A DNA stretch of 64,000 nucleotides from an uncultured Chloroflexia bacterium. Lineage in GTDB: Bacteria > Chloroflexota > Limnocylindria > QHBO01. Positions 10,157-20,671 of this stretch are shown here, in pieces. The translations under genes were made by a program, and so were the position numbers. The notes under the pieces were generated by a model. That model saw only the letters and a list, made by a program, of their open reading frames with translations, was not told where the DNA came from and did not search any database. The stretch is taken from contig CAWHAZ010000005.1 of assembly GCA_963827475.1 (NCBI GenBank), positions 224,001 through 288,000 on the forward strand. The letters are read 5' to 3'. Each line of letters starts with the position of its first letter. The first letter of the stretch is position 1.

Positions 10157-11431
10157 GTGACGACCGAGCAGATTTTCCTCCTGGTGAGCGTGCTGGTGGC
10201 CGGGCTGATCGTGATCGCCGGCCTCGTCGCATTGCTCGCCGGGCGGGCTCGCACGTCCGCCGAGGCCGGCCTCCAGCCGGTCGGCCCCGGCCCCGGCCTC
10301 GAGGCGGCGCCTCGCGACAAGTACCTGTCGACCACCGAATCGACCGGTGCCCCCCTGGCCTGGATCGGTCCGGATCGCTTCCGGGCCACGATTCGAGCCA
10401 CGTGGTGGGCGACGGTGGTCGGCGTTCTCATCGCCGTCGGCGTGACCGACGTGTTCTCCAGCCAGACCGCGATCTTCGCCCTCGGTGGACTGGCCCTCGT
10501 GGCGGTGGTCGTCTTCCACGAGGTGATCCCCGATCGTTGGCGGACGCCGATCACGTCCGCCGCCGAGGTGGCGAGCGCGATTGGCCTGCTCGTCGGGCTG
10601 GTCATCCTGACCGGGCGAGGTTCCTCGCCCTTCGCCCCGCTCCTCATCCTGCCCGTGCTCGGGGTCGCCCTCGGCGGCCGACCATCCGCCGGCCTCGCGG
10701 CGGCCCTCGGCGTCAGCCTCGCATTCGGCGCCGTGCTGGCCACCGATCCCGACCTCCCGTTCACCGCGGGCGAGCTGCTCCCGGCGGCGGTGGTGCTCGG
10801 GGTCGTCTGGCTCGGAACCGTGTCCGCGGTCGTCTTTGCCGCGCAGCAGCGGCGGCTGCAGGCGGCGACCCTCCAGCTGTCGATCACCGACCCGCTGACC
10901 GGCCTCTTCAACCGGGCCCAGATCTACGTCGACCTCGACCAGGAGGTCCGTCGCAGCCGCCGCTCACTCCGGCCGTTCTGCCTGCTGATGGTCGACATGG
11001 ACGGCCTCAAGCTCATCAACGACTCGTTGGGCCATGAGCGTGGTGATGCGGCGATCCGCGGCATCGCGAGCGTGATCCGCCGCTCGATCCGGACCGTGGA
11101 CTCCGCCTATCGGTACGCCGGCGACGAGTTCGTCGTCCTCCTGCCGGAGACTGATTTCGTCGGTGCCTTCGTCGTCGCCGAGAAGGTCCGCCAGGGCGCG
11201 GAGGAGCTCGGGGCGACGGTGACTCGCGAGGAGGCGCCGACCACGGTCAGCATCGGCCTCGTCTCCCATCCGGAGGACGGCTCGACCGACGAGGAGCTCA
11301 TGCTGGCGGTGGACCGCGCGATGTACGTGGCCAAGGCGGGCGGGAAGAACCAGGTCAGCGGGTACCCGCGCCCGGTCCGGCCCGCGCCGGCGCCGTCGGG
11401 TGCCATCGGCCAGGTGTCGGTACTGGGGTAG
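10157..11431 (+). CDS. Membrane-bound diguanylate cyclase (GGDEF domain, AGDEF variant)
   Basis: Several TM helices; TDPLTGLFNR, DMDGLKLINDSLGH, RTVD (RxxD I-site) and RYAGDEF. Confidence 0.9.
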   Translation: MTTEQIFLLVSVLVAGLIVIAGLVALLAGRARTSAEAGLQPVGPGPGLEAAPRDKYLSTTESTGAPLAWIGPDRFRATIRATWWATVVGVLIAVGVTDVFSSQTAIFALGGLALVAVVVFHEVIPDRWRTPITSAAEVASAIGLLVGLVILTGRGSSPFAPLLILPVLGVALGGRPSAGLAAALGVSLAFGAVLATDPDLPFTAGELLPAAVVLGVVWLGTVSAVVFAAQQRRLQAATLQLSITDPLTGLFNRAQIYVDLDQEVRRSRRSLRPFCLLMVDMDGLKLINDSLGHERGDAAIRGIASVIRRSIRTVDSAYRYAGDEFVVLLPETDFVGAFVVAEKVRQGAEELGATVTREEAPTTVSIGLVSHPEDGSTDEELMLAVDRAMYVAKAGGKNQVSGYPRPVRPAPAPSGAIGQVSVLG

Positions 11432-11494
11432 TTGCCGGGGTTCGGTATACTGCCGCGCCGCCTGGTGGGCCGATCCTCCACCGGGCGAGGGACC

Positions 11495-12883
11495 ATGGAG
11501 GGGCTGTTGAACCAGGCTGTCGCCGGCCGGCCCGATCCCCGCGCACCGCTGGCCGCCTTCTTCTCGTTCGTGCTGCCCGGGCTGGGACAGGCCTACAACC
11601 GCCAGTTCTGGCTGGCGCTGCTCCTCGGCCTGCCCGCTGCCGTGCTCGGCTGGATCATCGTGGCTGCCGCCGGCCGGGGCGCCGGAGTGCTCACGCAGCT
11701 CCTCGATGTCCGGGTCCTGTGGGCCCTCGTCGTCCTCAACCTCGCGTTCCTCGGCTGGCGGGCGGTGGCCATCTACCAGGCCCACGCGGCCCGCGAGGCG
11801 CCTGACTGGCGCAGCTGGACGACCTGGGTCACCGGGCTCCTGCTGGCCGTGACCCTCGCGATGCATCTGCTGCCGGCGTGGTACGCCTCCGCCACCCTCC
11901 AGACCCTCGCCGCGGTCGGGCAGGGCGGGAGTGGCGCGGGCGGGATCCTGGTCGACCCGATGGTGGACCCCAAGGACCTCGGGCCGGCCCCGCTGATCGC
12001 GACGCCGCCCCCTGCCCCGTCGCCGGAGCCGACGCCCACCCCGATCGGCCTGTCCGATCGGTTCACCGTCCTCCTCCTCGGCGTGGACCTCGGGCCGGGG
12101 CGAGCGACCTACAACACCGACACGATGATGGTGGCCACCATCGACCCCCGGAGCGGGGTGTCGCTGATCTCCATCCCGCGCGACACGTTCGGCACGCCGC
12201 TGGGCGACGGCCGCGTCTACCGGGCCAAGCTGAACTCCCTGCTGGCCTACGCCCGGATCGACCCCCGCACGTACCCGCTCGGCGGCCCCGAGACCATCAA
12301 GGCAGCGGTGGGCGCGCTGCTGGGGATGAAAATCGACTACGTCGGCGCGGTCGACTTCCTCGGCTTCACCCGCGCGATCGACGCGGTTGGCGGAGTCGAC
12401 GTGACCGTGACCCGGGCCGTCCATGACTGGGGCTACATGGACGAGTACAACCGCGTCGTCGGGTTCCATGTCGAGCCGGGAACGCACCACATGGACGGCT
12501 ACACCGCCCTCGCCTTCGCCCGTTCCCGAAAGGGCGCGGGAGACAGCGACTACACCCGCGCCGACCGCCAGCAGCTGGTCATCGCGGCCATGGCCGCCAA
12601 GATGCGGTCGGGCGCCTGGCTGGCCAACCTGCCGGCCCTGCTGTCGGCCCTCGGCAACTCGATCGCGTCCGACATCCCGGTCGAGCTCATGCCGCACATC
12701 GCCAAGGCGCTGCTCGACGCCGACCTCGCCGATCTCGAGCGCCTGGTCATCCAGCCACCGCTGGTCCAGCCGGGCGTCCTGACCGATGGGACGTACATCC
12801 TCACCCCCGACATCGTCGCGATCCAGGCTGCGGTCGACCAGATGGTCAACGCGCGTCCGGAGCACGTTCCGCAGCCGGACTGA
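11495..12883 (+). CDS. Second LCP family glycopolymer transferase
   Basis: VLLLGVD, NTDTMMVATIDP, SIPRD, ALAFARSR and DYTRADRQQ motifs; same FSFVLPGLGQAY N-terminal motif as the first LCP. Confidence 0.92.
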   Translation: MEGLLNQAVAGRPDPRAPLAAFFSFVLPGLGQAYNRQFWLALLLGLPAAVLGWIIVAAAGRGAGVLTQLLDVRVLWALVVLNLAFLGWRAVAIYQAHAAREAPDWRSWTTWVTGLLLAVTLAMHLLPAWYASATLQTLAAVGQGGSGAGGILVDPMVDPKDLGPAPLIATPPPAPSPEPTPTPIGLSDRFTVLLLGVDLGPGRATYNTDTMMVATIDPRSGVSLISIPRDTFGTPLGDGRVYRAKLNSLLAYARIDPRTYPLGGPETIKAAVGALLGMKIDYVGAVDFLGFTRAIDAVGGVDVTVTRAVHDWGYMDEYNRVVGFHVEPGTHHMDGYTALAFARSRKGAGDSDYTRADRQQLVIAAMAAKMRSGAWLANLPALLSALGNSIASDIPVELMPHIAKALLDADLADLERLVIQPPLVQPGVLTDGTYILTPDIVAIQAAVDQMVNARPEHVPQPD

Positions 12884-12918
12884 CGGGCCGGGCAGGGGGT
12901 TCTCGGTAGACTCTGGGC

Positions 12919-14094
12919 ATGCCCGGATTCTCGACGCGCGCCATCCGTGCCTCCGGCCACCAGGCCGAGGTCGAGCAGACGCCGGTCACGGTGCCGATCT
13001 ACCAGACCAGCACGTTCGAGGTCGGGTCCGCCGCCGAGCTCGAGGAGCTGCTCGAGTTCCGCCGTCCCGGGCACTCGTACACGCGGTACTCGAACCCGAC
13101 CCACGCCGCCCTGGAAGGGGCGCTCGCGGAGCTCGAAGGCGGGGAGGCCGCCCTCGCCACCGCCTCGGGGATGGCCGCCATCCACGGCGCCATGCTGTCG
13201 CTCCTGCGGTCCGGCGACGAGGTGCTGATTCCGGCCGCGGTGTACGGGGGGACGGTCGGCCTGTTCAACGCGGTCATGCCGCGCCTCGGGATCACCCACC
13301 GCGCCGTGCGCTCGGGAGACACCGCGGCGGTGGTGGACGCGATCGGCCCGAAGACCCGCCTGGTGTGGCTGGAGACGATCGCCAACCCGACCACCGAGAT
13401 GGCAGACCTCGCGGCCATCGCCGCGGCCGCCCACGAGCGCGGGGTGCCGGTCGTGGTCGACAACACCTTCGCCTCGCCGTACCTGTGCAATCCGCTCGCG
13501 CTGGGCGCGGATCTCGTCGTTCACTCCCTCACCAAGTACGTCGGAGGCCATTCCGACCTCATCGGCGGCGCGGTCATCGGCAGCGCCGAGCGCGTGGCCG
13601 CGGTGCGCGAGGTCGTGGTGAACACCGGCGGCAACGCCAACCCGTTCGAGGCCTTCCTGGCGTTGCGCGGGCTGCGGACCCTGGCCGTCCGGATGGACCG
13701 CCATTCCGACAACGCGCTGGCCGTGGCCCGCGGCCTGGAGGGCGCCCCGGGGATCTCGGACGTCCACTACCCGGGCCTGCCGTCGCATCCCCAGCACGAG
13801 CTGGCCCGGCGCGAGCTGCGGGACGGGCGAGCCGGCGGGATGATGGCCATCGAGCTCGCGGGCGGACGCGCGGCAGGCGAGCGGTTCCTCGAGCGGATCC
13901 AGGTCGCGCGCCACGCGACCAGCCTGGCGGGCGTCGAGTCCTTGATCAGCCACCCCGCATCGTCATCGCATCGCCAGTACGGCGACGCGGAGCTGGCCGC
14001 GGCCGGGCTGTCGGCCGGCATGCTGCGGGTCTCGATCGGGCTCGAGGACGCGGATGATCTCGTGGCGGACCTGGCGGCCGCCGCCGGCGGCTGA
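12919..14094 (+). CDS. PLP-dependent trans-sulfuration enzyme (cystathionine gamma-synthase/lyase or methionine gamma-lyase family)
   Basis: PIYQTSTF, YTRYSNPT, SGMAAI, DNTFASP, HSLTKYVGGHSD and SIGLED motifs. Confidence 0.9.
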   Translation: MPGFSTRAIRASGHQAEVEQTPVTVPIYQTSTFEVGSAAELEELLEFRRPGHSYTRYSNPTHAALEGALAELEGGEAALATASGMAAIHGAMLSLLRSGDEVLIPAAVYGGTVGLFNAVMPRLGITHRAVRSGDTAAVVDAIGPKTRLVWLETIANPTTEMADLAAIAAAAHERGVPVVVDNTFASPYLCNPLALGADLVVHSLTKYVGGHSDLIGGAVIGSAERVAAVREVVVNTGGNANPFEAFLALRGLRTLAVRMDRHSDNALAVARGLEGAPGISDVHYPGLPSHPQHELARRELRDGRAGGMMAIELAGGRAAGERFLERIQVARHATSLAGVESLISHPASSSHRQYGDAELAAAGLSAGMLRVSIGLEDADDLVADLAAAAGG

Positions 14095-14103
14095 GTCGCG
14101 ACC

Positions 14104-15132
14104 GTGCCTCGACTGATCGACGCCTGGCGCGCGGCGTCCTGACCCGGAGGCGCGCCTGGTGGCCGGCGCGCCGGGCGGCGACCGCTGGATCTCCTCCGCG
14201 GCGTGTCGCGCACCCGTGTCGCGCCGCCCCATCTCCCGCCGCCGGCGGAGGGGCACCTGCTCATCGTGGACGGCTCGCTGCTTGCCACGCTGCCGGCCGC
14301 ACGCCTCCTCGCCGAGGTCGATGCCTCGGGGAGCGTCCCGGTCGGGCTCCTCGTTGCCGCGCCGGCCCACGGCACGGATCACGACTGGCCCGACGCCACG
14401 CCTCCGGTCCTGGTCAGCCAGCGATCGGCGGCCGCGCTGTTCGCGGCGGCCGGCGCCTACCTCGCGGACGAGGCCGGGGCGCTGGCATCGCTCGCCACCG
14501 AGCTCCGGCTGGCGACGGCCGAGGCGGCGCTCGCCGACCCGTCGCCCGCGGCGCCCGCCGGCCTCGTCGCATCCCGGGCTCGACGCGGTGTCGCCGTCGT
14601 CGCCGACGGGGAGCTGCTGACCCTGCATCCCCGGCCGGCGGGCCGCGCCCTGGCCGCCCGCTTCGCCGCGGCCTTCAGCCGGCTGTTCGGGACGCCCAGC
14701 GCCCGCGCGGCGGCGTCGCGGCGGCTGCGCGACGGGCTGTGGATCCACGAGGAGCAGATCCGGCCCGGCGCGGCGGTCTGGCTGTTCGACGACCTGCCCA
14801 TGGCCCGCGTGGACGAGGTGGCTGCGGCGGCCCTGGCCACGACCCTCCGTGCCCTGCTCCGCCGGCCGACCCCGCGGTCAGTACGCCCCGCGCCCAGGGT
14901 CGTGGCCCAGCGGCCAGTCCCCGCCGACCAGCGGATGGACGCCACCCTGCTGGCCGTCGCGCGAGCGAACGGCCGCGTCGCTCCGGCCGCGCGCAGCCTG
15001 GGCGTGCACCGCAACACCGTCCTGTACCGCCTCCGCGTGGCCCGCGACCAGCGGGGGATCGACCCGCGCCGGCCGGAAGACGCGCTCAGGCTGCTCCGCG
15101 AGGCTGATCGCGAGGACCGACGCCCGGCGTGA
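14104..15132 (+). CDS. PucR/CdaR-family transcriptional regulator (C-terminal HTH); N-terminus probably frameshifted
   Basis: C-terminal AARSLGVHRNTVLYRL HTH signature; the GTG at 14104 reaches a TGA near 14140, so the start is uncertain. Confidence 0.7.
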
Positions 15133-15149
15133 GCCGCGCGACCGGGGCG

Positions 15150-15168
15150 TTTGTGCACAATGCACAAA
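15150..15168. promoter_or_regulatory. Palindromic operator TTTGTGCA-CAA-TGCACAAA upstream of glnA
   Basis: Perfect 8-bp inverted repeat, AT-rich in GC-rich DNA; fits the TTGT-N-ACAA style of PucR-family sites. Confidence 0.75.
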
Positions 15169-15308
15169 CATTGACCCGCCGATACGGGCTCGCCCGGCTC
15201 CGCACCGACAACCCGCCGACCTAGGCTCCTGCTGCCGCGCGACGCCCGGCCGGCATCGACATCGGTTTCGCTCTCGCATCGGTCTGTGACCAGAAGGGGT
15301 ATCAGCTC

Positions 15309-16674
15309 ATGGCTCGGAAGGACCTGTCTGCCGCGTTGGCCCTGGCGGAGGAGAAGAACCTCCGTTTCGTCAGCCTCCAGTTCACCGACATCGTCGGCCA
15401 TGTGAAATCGGTCCAGGTGCCGATGCACCAGCTGGAGGAAGCGGTCGAGCACGGGAAATGGTTCGACGGCAGCAGCATCGAGGGATTCGCCCGGATCGCC
15501 GAGTCGGACATGTTCCTCGTGCCCGACCTCGCGACCTTCTCTCCCATCCCGTGGGAGCAGGGGATCGACGCCGACGGACGCCAGACGGAGACCGGCAGCG
15601 CCCGGGTCATCTGCGACGTGTTCACCCCCAACGGCGACCCGTTCCCCGGCGATCCGCGCTGGGTCCTCCGCCGGCAGATGGAGAAGGCGAAGAAGCTGGG
15701 GTACACGTTCAACACCGGCCCCGAGCTGGAGTTCTTCCTGCTCCGCCTGGGCGATGGGCCGATCGAGCCGCTGCCCCATGACGCGGCCGGCTACTTCGAC
15801 CTCAGCGCCGACCTGGCGACCGAGGTCCGCAAGGAGATGATGAACGACCTCGAGGAGATCGGGATCGAGGTCGAGACCGCGCACCACGAGGTGGCGGTCG
15901 GCCAGCACGAGATCGACTTCAAGTACGCCGACGCGCTGCGCACCGCGGACAACGCGGTGACCTTCAAGACGACCCTCAAGGCGGTCGCGCCAGCGGCACG
16001 GGCTGCACGCCACGTTCATGCCCAAGCCGATCTTCGGCATCAACGGCTCGGGGATGCACACCCACCAGTCGCTGTGGGATGACAAGCGCGGCCGAAACGC
16101 GTTTGCCGACGCCAAGGACCCGTACGGCCTGTCGACCATCGCCCGGCACTACATCGCCGGGACGCTGGAGCATGCCCGCGGCATGATCGCGGTCCTCGCC
16201 CCGCTGGTGAACAGCTACAAGCGGCTGGTCCCCGGCTACGAGGCGCCGGTCTACATCGGCTGGGCCCGGATCAATCGCTCGGCCCTGATCCGGATCCCGC
16301 AGATCTCGAGCGGCCAGCTGGATTCGACCCGGATCGAGCTCCGCTGCCCAGATCCGTCGTCCAACCCGTATCTCGCCTTCGCCGCCATGCTGGCGGCCGG
16401 CCTGGACGGCGTCGACCGCAAGCTGCCGATCCCCGACCCGGTGGAGGAGAACCTGTACCACCTCGACGAGGCCAAGCTCCAGAGCCGGAAGATCCGGCAG
16501 CTGCCCGGCACCCTGGCCGAGGCGCTGGACGAGCTGGCCGCCGACGAGGTCATCCGCGACGCCCTGGGCGACCACGTGTTCGAGCGGTTCGTGGAAGCCA
16601 AGCGCGAGGAGTGGGACGCCTACCGCATGCAGGTCACCGGCTGGGAGACGGCGCGCTACCTCGAGGCGTTCTGA
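15309..16674 (+). CDS. glnA: Glutamine synthetase type I, frameshift near 15990
   Basis: [63 protein letters not shown] and RIELRCPD motifs split over two ORFs. Confidence 0.92.
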
Positions 16675-17738
16675 GGACCGAGGACGGCGTCGGCCAGCTG
16701 CGCGGAGAGGATGCGCCAGTCGTAGCGTTCGACCGCCGTGCGGCGGGCGTTGTCGCCCTGTGACCGGCGCCGTGACTCGTCCCGCAGGAGCTCCCAGATC
16801 GCGGCGGCGAGGTCGTCGACCTCGTCTCCGGCGGCGACCGCTCCGGCACCGGCTTCCTCGACGATCCGGCGCGTCTCGAACCGGGGCGTGACCACCAGCG
16901 GGCGGCCGGAGGCCATGGCGTCGAACACCTTGACCGGCGCAGCCGCGTCCATGTACGCGCCGGGCGGGTGCGGGACGACCAGCACCGCGGTCTCGGCCAG
17001 GAACGCGTCGAGCCCGGCGTGCGGGACCTCGGTGACGGTGACCCACGGATCGGTGAGGTCGGCGCGGAGATCGTCCAGGTAGGCCCGGCTGGCCGGGCCG
17101 CTGGCGGCGAGCGCCAGGCGGAGGGTCGCCTCCGGAATTTCCGCTCGGACCCTGGCCATGGCGGCGACGAGCTGTTCGATGCCCCGACCCGGTGCGGCCC
17201 CGGACGCCATTCCGACCACGGGAGCCGCCACCGGAGGGTGCTGGGTGATGGCCGCGGTATCGGTTCCGTTGGTGATGACGACGACGCGGTCCGCATCCAG
17301 CGCACACAGCTCGGCGAACGAGGCCGACGGCGCCACCAGCCGAGAGAACGCGGCGATGTTTCGATCGAACAGGCGGTCGAGCCGGGTGCGGGTGGACGAG
17401 TCGAGGTGCACCCCGAGACTGTCGGTCTGCAGCACCGGGTGGTCGTGGACGTCGAGCACCGCCGCCTCGACCGGCCCGCGCACGAGGCGCAGCGCGCCCT
17501 CGGCCAGGAGCTCGGCCGAGGCCACCTGCACCGGCCGCCGCCAGCCGCCCGATTCGGCCGCCACGGCGGCAGCCAGTCGCGGGACGCCGCGCCGGCCGTG
17601 TGCCGCCAGGCTGCGCGCCCCCGTCCGCTCGGCCAGGGCGTCGAGGATGTGCCGCGCCCGGTTGTCGCCGCCGGTCGATCCCGCGCGGGACACGCCGGCA
17701 ACGAGCCAACGGGCCGGGCGGGCGACGCTCGCCGTCAG
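16656..17738 (-). CDS. Glycosyltransferase (GT4 / GT-B)
   Basis: [34 protein letters not shown] and ERYDW motifs; probable CTG start overlapping the ppa stop. Confidence 0.8.
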   Translation of the reverse strand: MTASVARPARWLVAGVSRAGSTGGDNRARHILDALAERTGARSLAAHGRRGVPRLAAAVAAESGGWRRPVQVASAELLAEGALRLVRGPVEAAVLDVHDHPVLQTDSLGVHLDSSTRTRLDRLFDRNIAAFSRLVAPSASFAELCALDADRVVVITNGTDTAAITQHPPVAAPVVGMASGAAPGRGIEQLVAAMARVRAEIPEATLRLALAASGPASRAYLDDLRADLTDPWVTVTEVPHAGLDAFLAETAVLVVPHPPGAYMDAAAPVKVFDAMASGRPLVVTPRFETRRIVEEAGAGAVAAGDEVDDLAAAIWELLRDESRRRSQGDNARRTAVERYDWRILSAQLADAVLGPQNASR

Positions 17739-18229
17739 CCGCCGCCTCCAGCTCGGAGCGAGTCGTCGATGATCTGCCACGCCTCCGCCACGCCCAGCCA
17801 GCCCATGACCTCGACCTCGCGTCCTTCGAGCTCCTTGTAGATCTGGAAGAAGTTCTCGACTTCGCGCAGGCGATGGGCGGAGAGGTCCTCGAGCGTGTGC
17901 GTCTCGTCCCACCTGGGGTCGTCGGTCGCGACCGCGAGGATCTTGTAGTCGTGGCCCTTGTCGTCGCGCATGTCGAGCGCGCCGACGGGGCGAGCGCGCA
18001 CGACGCAACCGGGGAAGGTGGGCTCGCTGATCACGACCAGGACGTCGAGCGGGTCACCGTCATCGGCCATCGTGCCCTCGAGGAAGCCGTAGTCGCACGG
18101 GTAGTGGACGCTGCTGTACAGGATCCGGTCGAGGACGAACCGATGCCGCTCGTGGTCGTACTCGTACTTGTTGCGGCTGCCCGACGGGATCTCGACGGTG
18201 ACCTCGATGGGCTGTCGCGCGTCGGCCAT
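17735..18229 (-). CDS. ppa: Inorganic pyrophosphatase (family I)
   Basis: VEIPSGSRNKYEYD, LDRILYSSVHYPCDYG, DGDPLDVLV, DYKILAV and FFQIYKELE motifs. Confidence 0.95.
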   Translation of the reverse strand: MADARQPIEVTVEIPSGSRNKYEYDHERHRFVLDRILYSSVHYPCDYGFLEGTMADDGDPLDVLVVISEPTFPGCVVRARPVGALDMRDDKGHDYKILAVATDDPRWDETHTLEDLSAHRLREVENFFQIYKELEGREVEVMGWLGVAEAWQIIDDSLRAGGGG

Positions 18230-18257
18230 GGCTCCAGTATGCGGCGCGTGCCCGAGC

Positions 18258-19527
18258 CTAGCGTTGCCCGGTTCGCGCCAGGGATCGGCGGACGGCCTGG
18301 CGCATCCGCCAGTACCGCGTCCGCAGCCGCGACTCGGCTCGCCGGACAGCGGCGCCACGGGCCAGCGCCTGGTCCACGGACCGCTGGCGCGGCGCCTGAA
18401 CCAGGACGGCAGCCCGCTCGAGCTCGTCGTCGAAGCCCGCGACGAACGAGGCATAGCTGTGCCGGCCCGAGTCGACCAGGTCGCGTCGGGCGGCGGCCAC
18501 GATCCGCGCCCGCGCATCCCGGTCGCGGAACTCACGGATCACGTCGTCGAAGTTCGCGAAGTCCTTGCGCAGCGCGATGTAGTGGGTGCCCGCCTCCATC
18601 AACCCCGAGTACGAACCCTCGAACAGGATCTGGCACGTCTCGAACGCGGCGGCTTCGAAGTGGCGCGGGCTGATGGTCCGATAGGGGACGTTGTCCTCCC
18701 ACGGTTCGAGGACGCGACGCCAGACCTCCTCGAACTCGAGATCGGGCTCGCGGGCGAGGAGCTCGTCGGTCGCGCGGCTCGCCTGATCGTCGAAATCGAA
18801 GATCGATACGCCCGCCTCGACCCCGAGAACGGCGCGGCATGATCCCGAGGAAGCGATACCACGCGTCGCCATAGAGCCGGTCCTGCTCGCCGGTCGCGAT
18901 GTCGAGGCGGAGGTCGAGACCCTCCGCCGCCGCCGCGAAGCGCTGACCGATCTCCACTTTCTCCTGGCCGCCCCGCCCCGCGGCGAACCCCAGGCTCCGG
19001 GCCCGGTACCCGACGTCGACGGTCCGCTCCGATTCGGGCCGCGCGAACGCCGCCGCGTGGCGGAGCAGATCGTCCCCGACGTAGCCGGGAATCGTGGGCA
19101 GGAGGCGAGGCCCGTGCGTCCGGCTGTCGTAGACGTCGCGGGCGGCGTCTGGCTGGAGGAGGGTATAGGCCCAGTCGACGCGATACCGATCGATGAAGGC
19201 GAAGCGCTGAGCGGTGTGATAGTGCTCGTCCTGGAAGAACGCCACCCGCAGGCTGTTCTCACTCGCGTCGAGGTAGGCGAGATAGGCCTCATCCAGCTGG
19301 TAGCTGGGCCCGCCGAACAGCGAGTAGTGCAGGACGATCACCCGAAACCGGAAATCGCGGAGCGCCGCGGGGAATCGGTCGCGGGTGTTCACGCTCCAGA
19401 CCGGAAACCGGGAATGGCGCTCGAAAGCCAGCGCGTGCTCGACCACCGTCTCCGCGTATGGCGGGATGAAGTGGTAGAGCACGAGGATCCCGTTGACATC
19501 GGACGGGCCGCCCATCTCGCGGGCCAT
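18258..19527 (-). CDS. Uncharacterised putative glycosyltransferase, paralog 1 (frameshift near 18843)
   Basis: Shares QDE, PGY, DVGYRAR, DRLYG..W..FL, ISPRHFEAAA and EGSYSG..HY motifs with 21511..23373 and 27429..28737. Confidence 0.7.
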
Positions 19528-19582
19528 TCTCCAACATCAAGGTTCACGTTCGGGCGGGTGCCCTAGACTCGCCGGGTAACGA

Positions 19583-20671
19583 ATGAGCACTCTGCCTCGA
19601 CGGCTGCTGGTCACCGGCGGCGCCGGCTTCATCGGCTCCCACTTCGTCCGCCGCATCCTCTCGCGCCACCCAGACGTGCTCGTCACCGTGCTGGACAAGC
19701 TCACCTACGCCGGCAACCTCGCCAACCTGTCTGACGTCGAAGCGGATGACCGATACCGCTTCGTGCGAGGCGACGTCAGCGACCCGGAGATCGTGGACCA
19801 GGTGACCCGTGATGTCGACGTGATCGTGAACTTCGCGGCCGAGTCCCACGTCGACCGCAGCATCGACGCGCCGGACGCGTTCATCGAGACCGATATCCAC
19901 GGGACCTTCGTCCTGCTCGAGGCGGCACGCCGACACGGCGCGCGATTCCTCCAGGTCAGCACCGACGAGGTCTACGGCAACATCGCCGATGGCGCAGCCG
20001 GCGAGCAGGACGTCCTGTCCCCCAGCAGCCCGTACTCGGCCAGCAAGGGCGGCGGCGACCTCCTGGTCAACGCCTACCAGGCGACCTACGACATGCCGGC
20101 CACCATCACCCGCTCGACGAACAACTTCGGCCCCAACCAGTACACCGAAAAGGTCATCCCGCTGTTCATCACCAACGCCCTCGATCATCTTCCGCTGCCG
20201 ATCTACGGTGACGGACAGCAGTCACGCGAATGGCTGTACGTCACCGACCACTGCGATGCGCTCGAGCTCATCCTGGTGCGGGGTCAGCCGGGAGCGATCT
20301 ACAACATCGGCAGCGGCGTGGAGCTCACCAACATCGAGCTGGCCCATCGGATCCTGGACCTGACCGGACAGCCCGCGTCGCTCATCCACCACGTGGAGGA
20401 CCGCCCGGGCCACGATCGCCGCTACGCCGTGGACTGGAGCGCGCTGAAAGGGCTCGGCTGGGAGCCGGTTCACGGGTTCGACGAGGCACTCGCCTCGACG
20501 GTCGAGTGGTATCGGTCCAACGAGGCCTGGTGGCGACCGTTGAAGAGCGGTGAGTACCTCGAGCGCTATCGGTCCGGCCTCGGCCGTTCGGCCTCGATCA
20601 GGGCGCCTAGATCAGGTCGGCGAAGCTGCGCTCGGCTCGTCGGAAGTAGGCCACGCCCAGCACCAGGATGA
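19583..20671 (+). CDS. rfbB: dTDP-glucose 4,6-dehydratase
   Basis: VTGGAGFIGSHF, DKLTYAGNLAN, AAESHVDRSI, STDEVYG, SPYSASK and DRPGHDRRYA motifs; 3' end uncertain because it overlaps wzm. Confidence 0.93.
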   Translation: MSTLPRRLLVTGGAGFIGSHFVRRILSRHPDVLVTVLDKLTYAGNLANLSDVEADDRYRFVRGDVSDPEIVDQVTRDVDVIVNFAAESHVDRSIDAPDAFIETDIHGTFVLLEAARRHGARFLQVSTDEVYGNIADGAAGEQDVLSPSSPYSASKGGGDLLVNAYQATYDMPATITRSTNNFGPNQYTEKVIPLFITNALDHLPLPIYGDGQQSREWLYVTDHCDALELILVRGQPGAIYNIGSGVELTNIELAHRILDLTGQPASLIHHVEDRPGHDRRYAVDWSALKGLGWEPVHGFDEALASTVEWYRSNEAWWRPLKSGEYLERYRSGLGRSASIRAPRSGRRSCARLVGSRPRPAPG

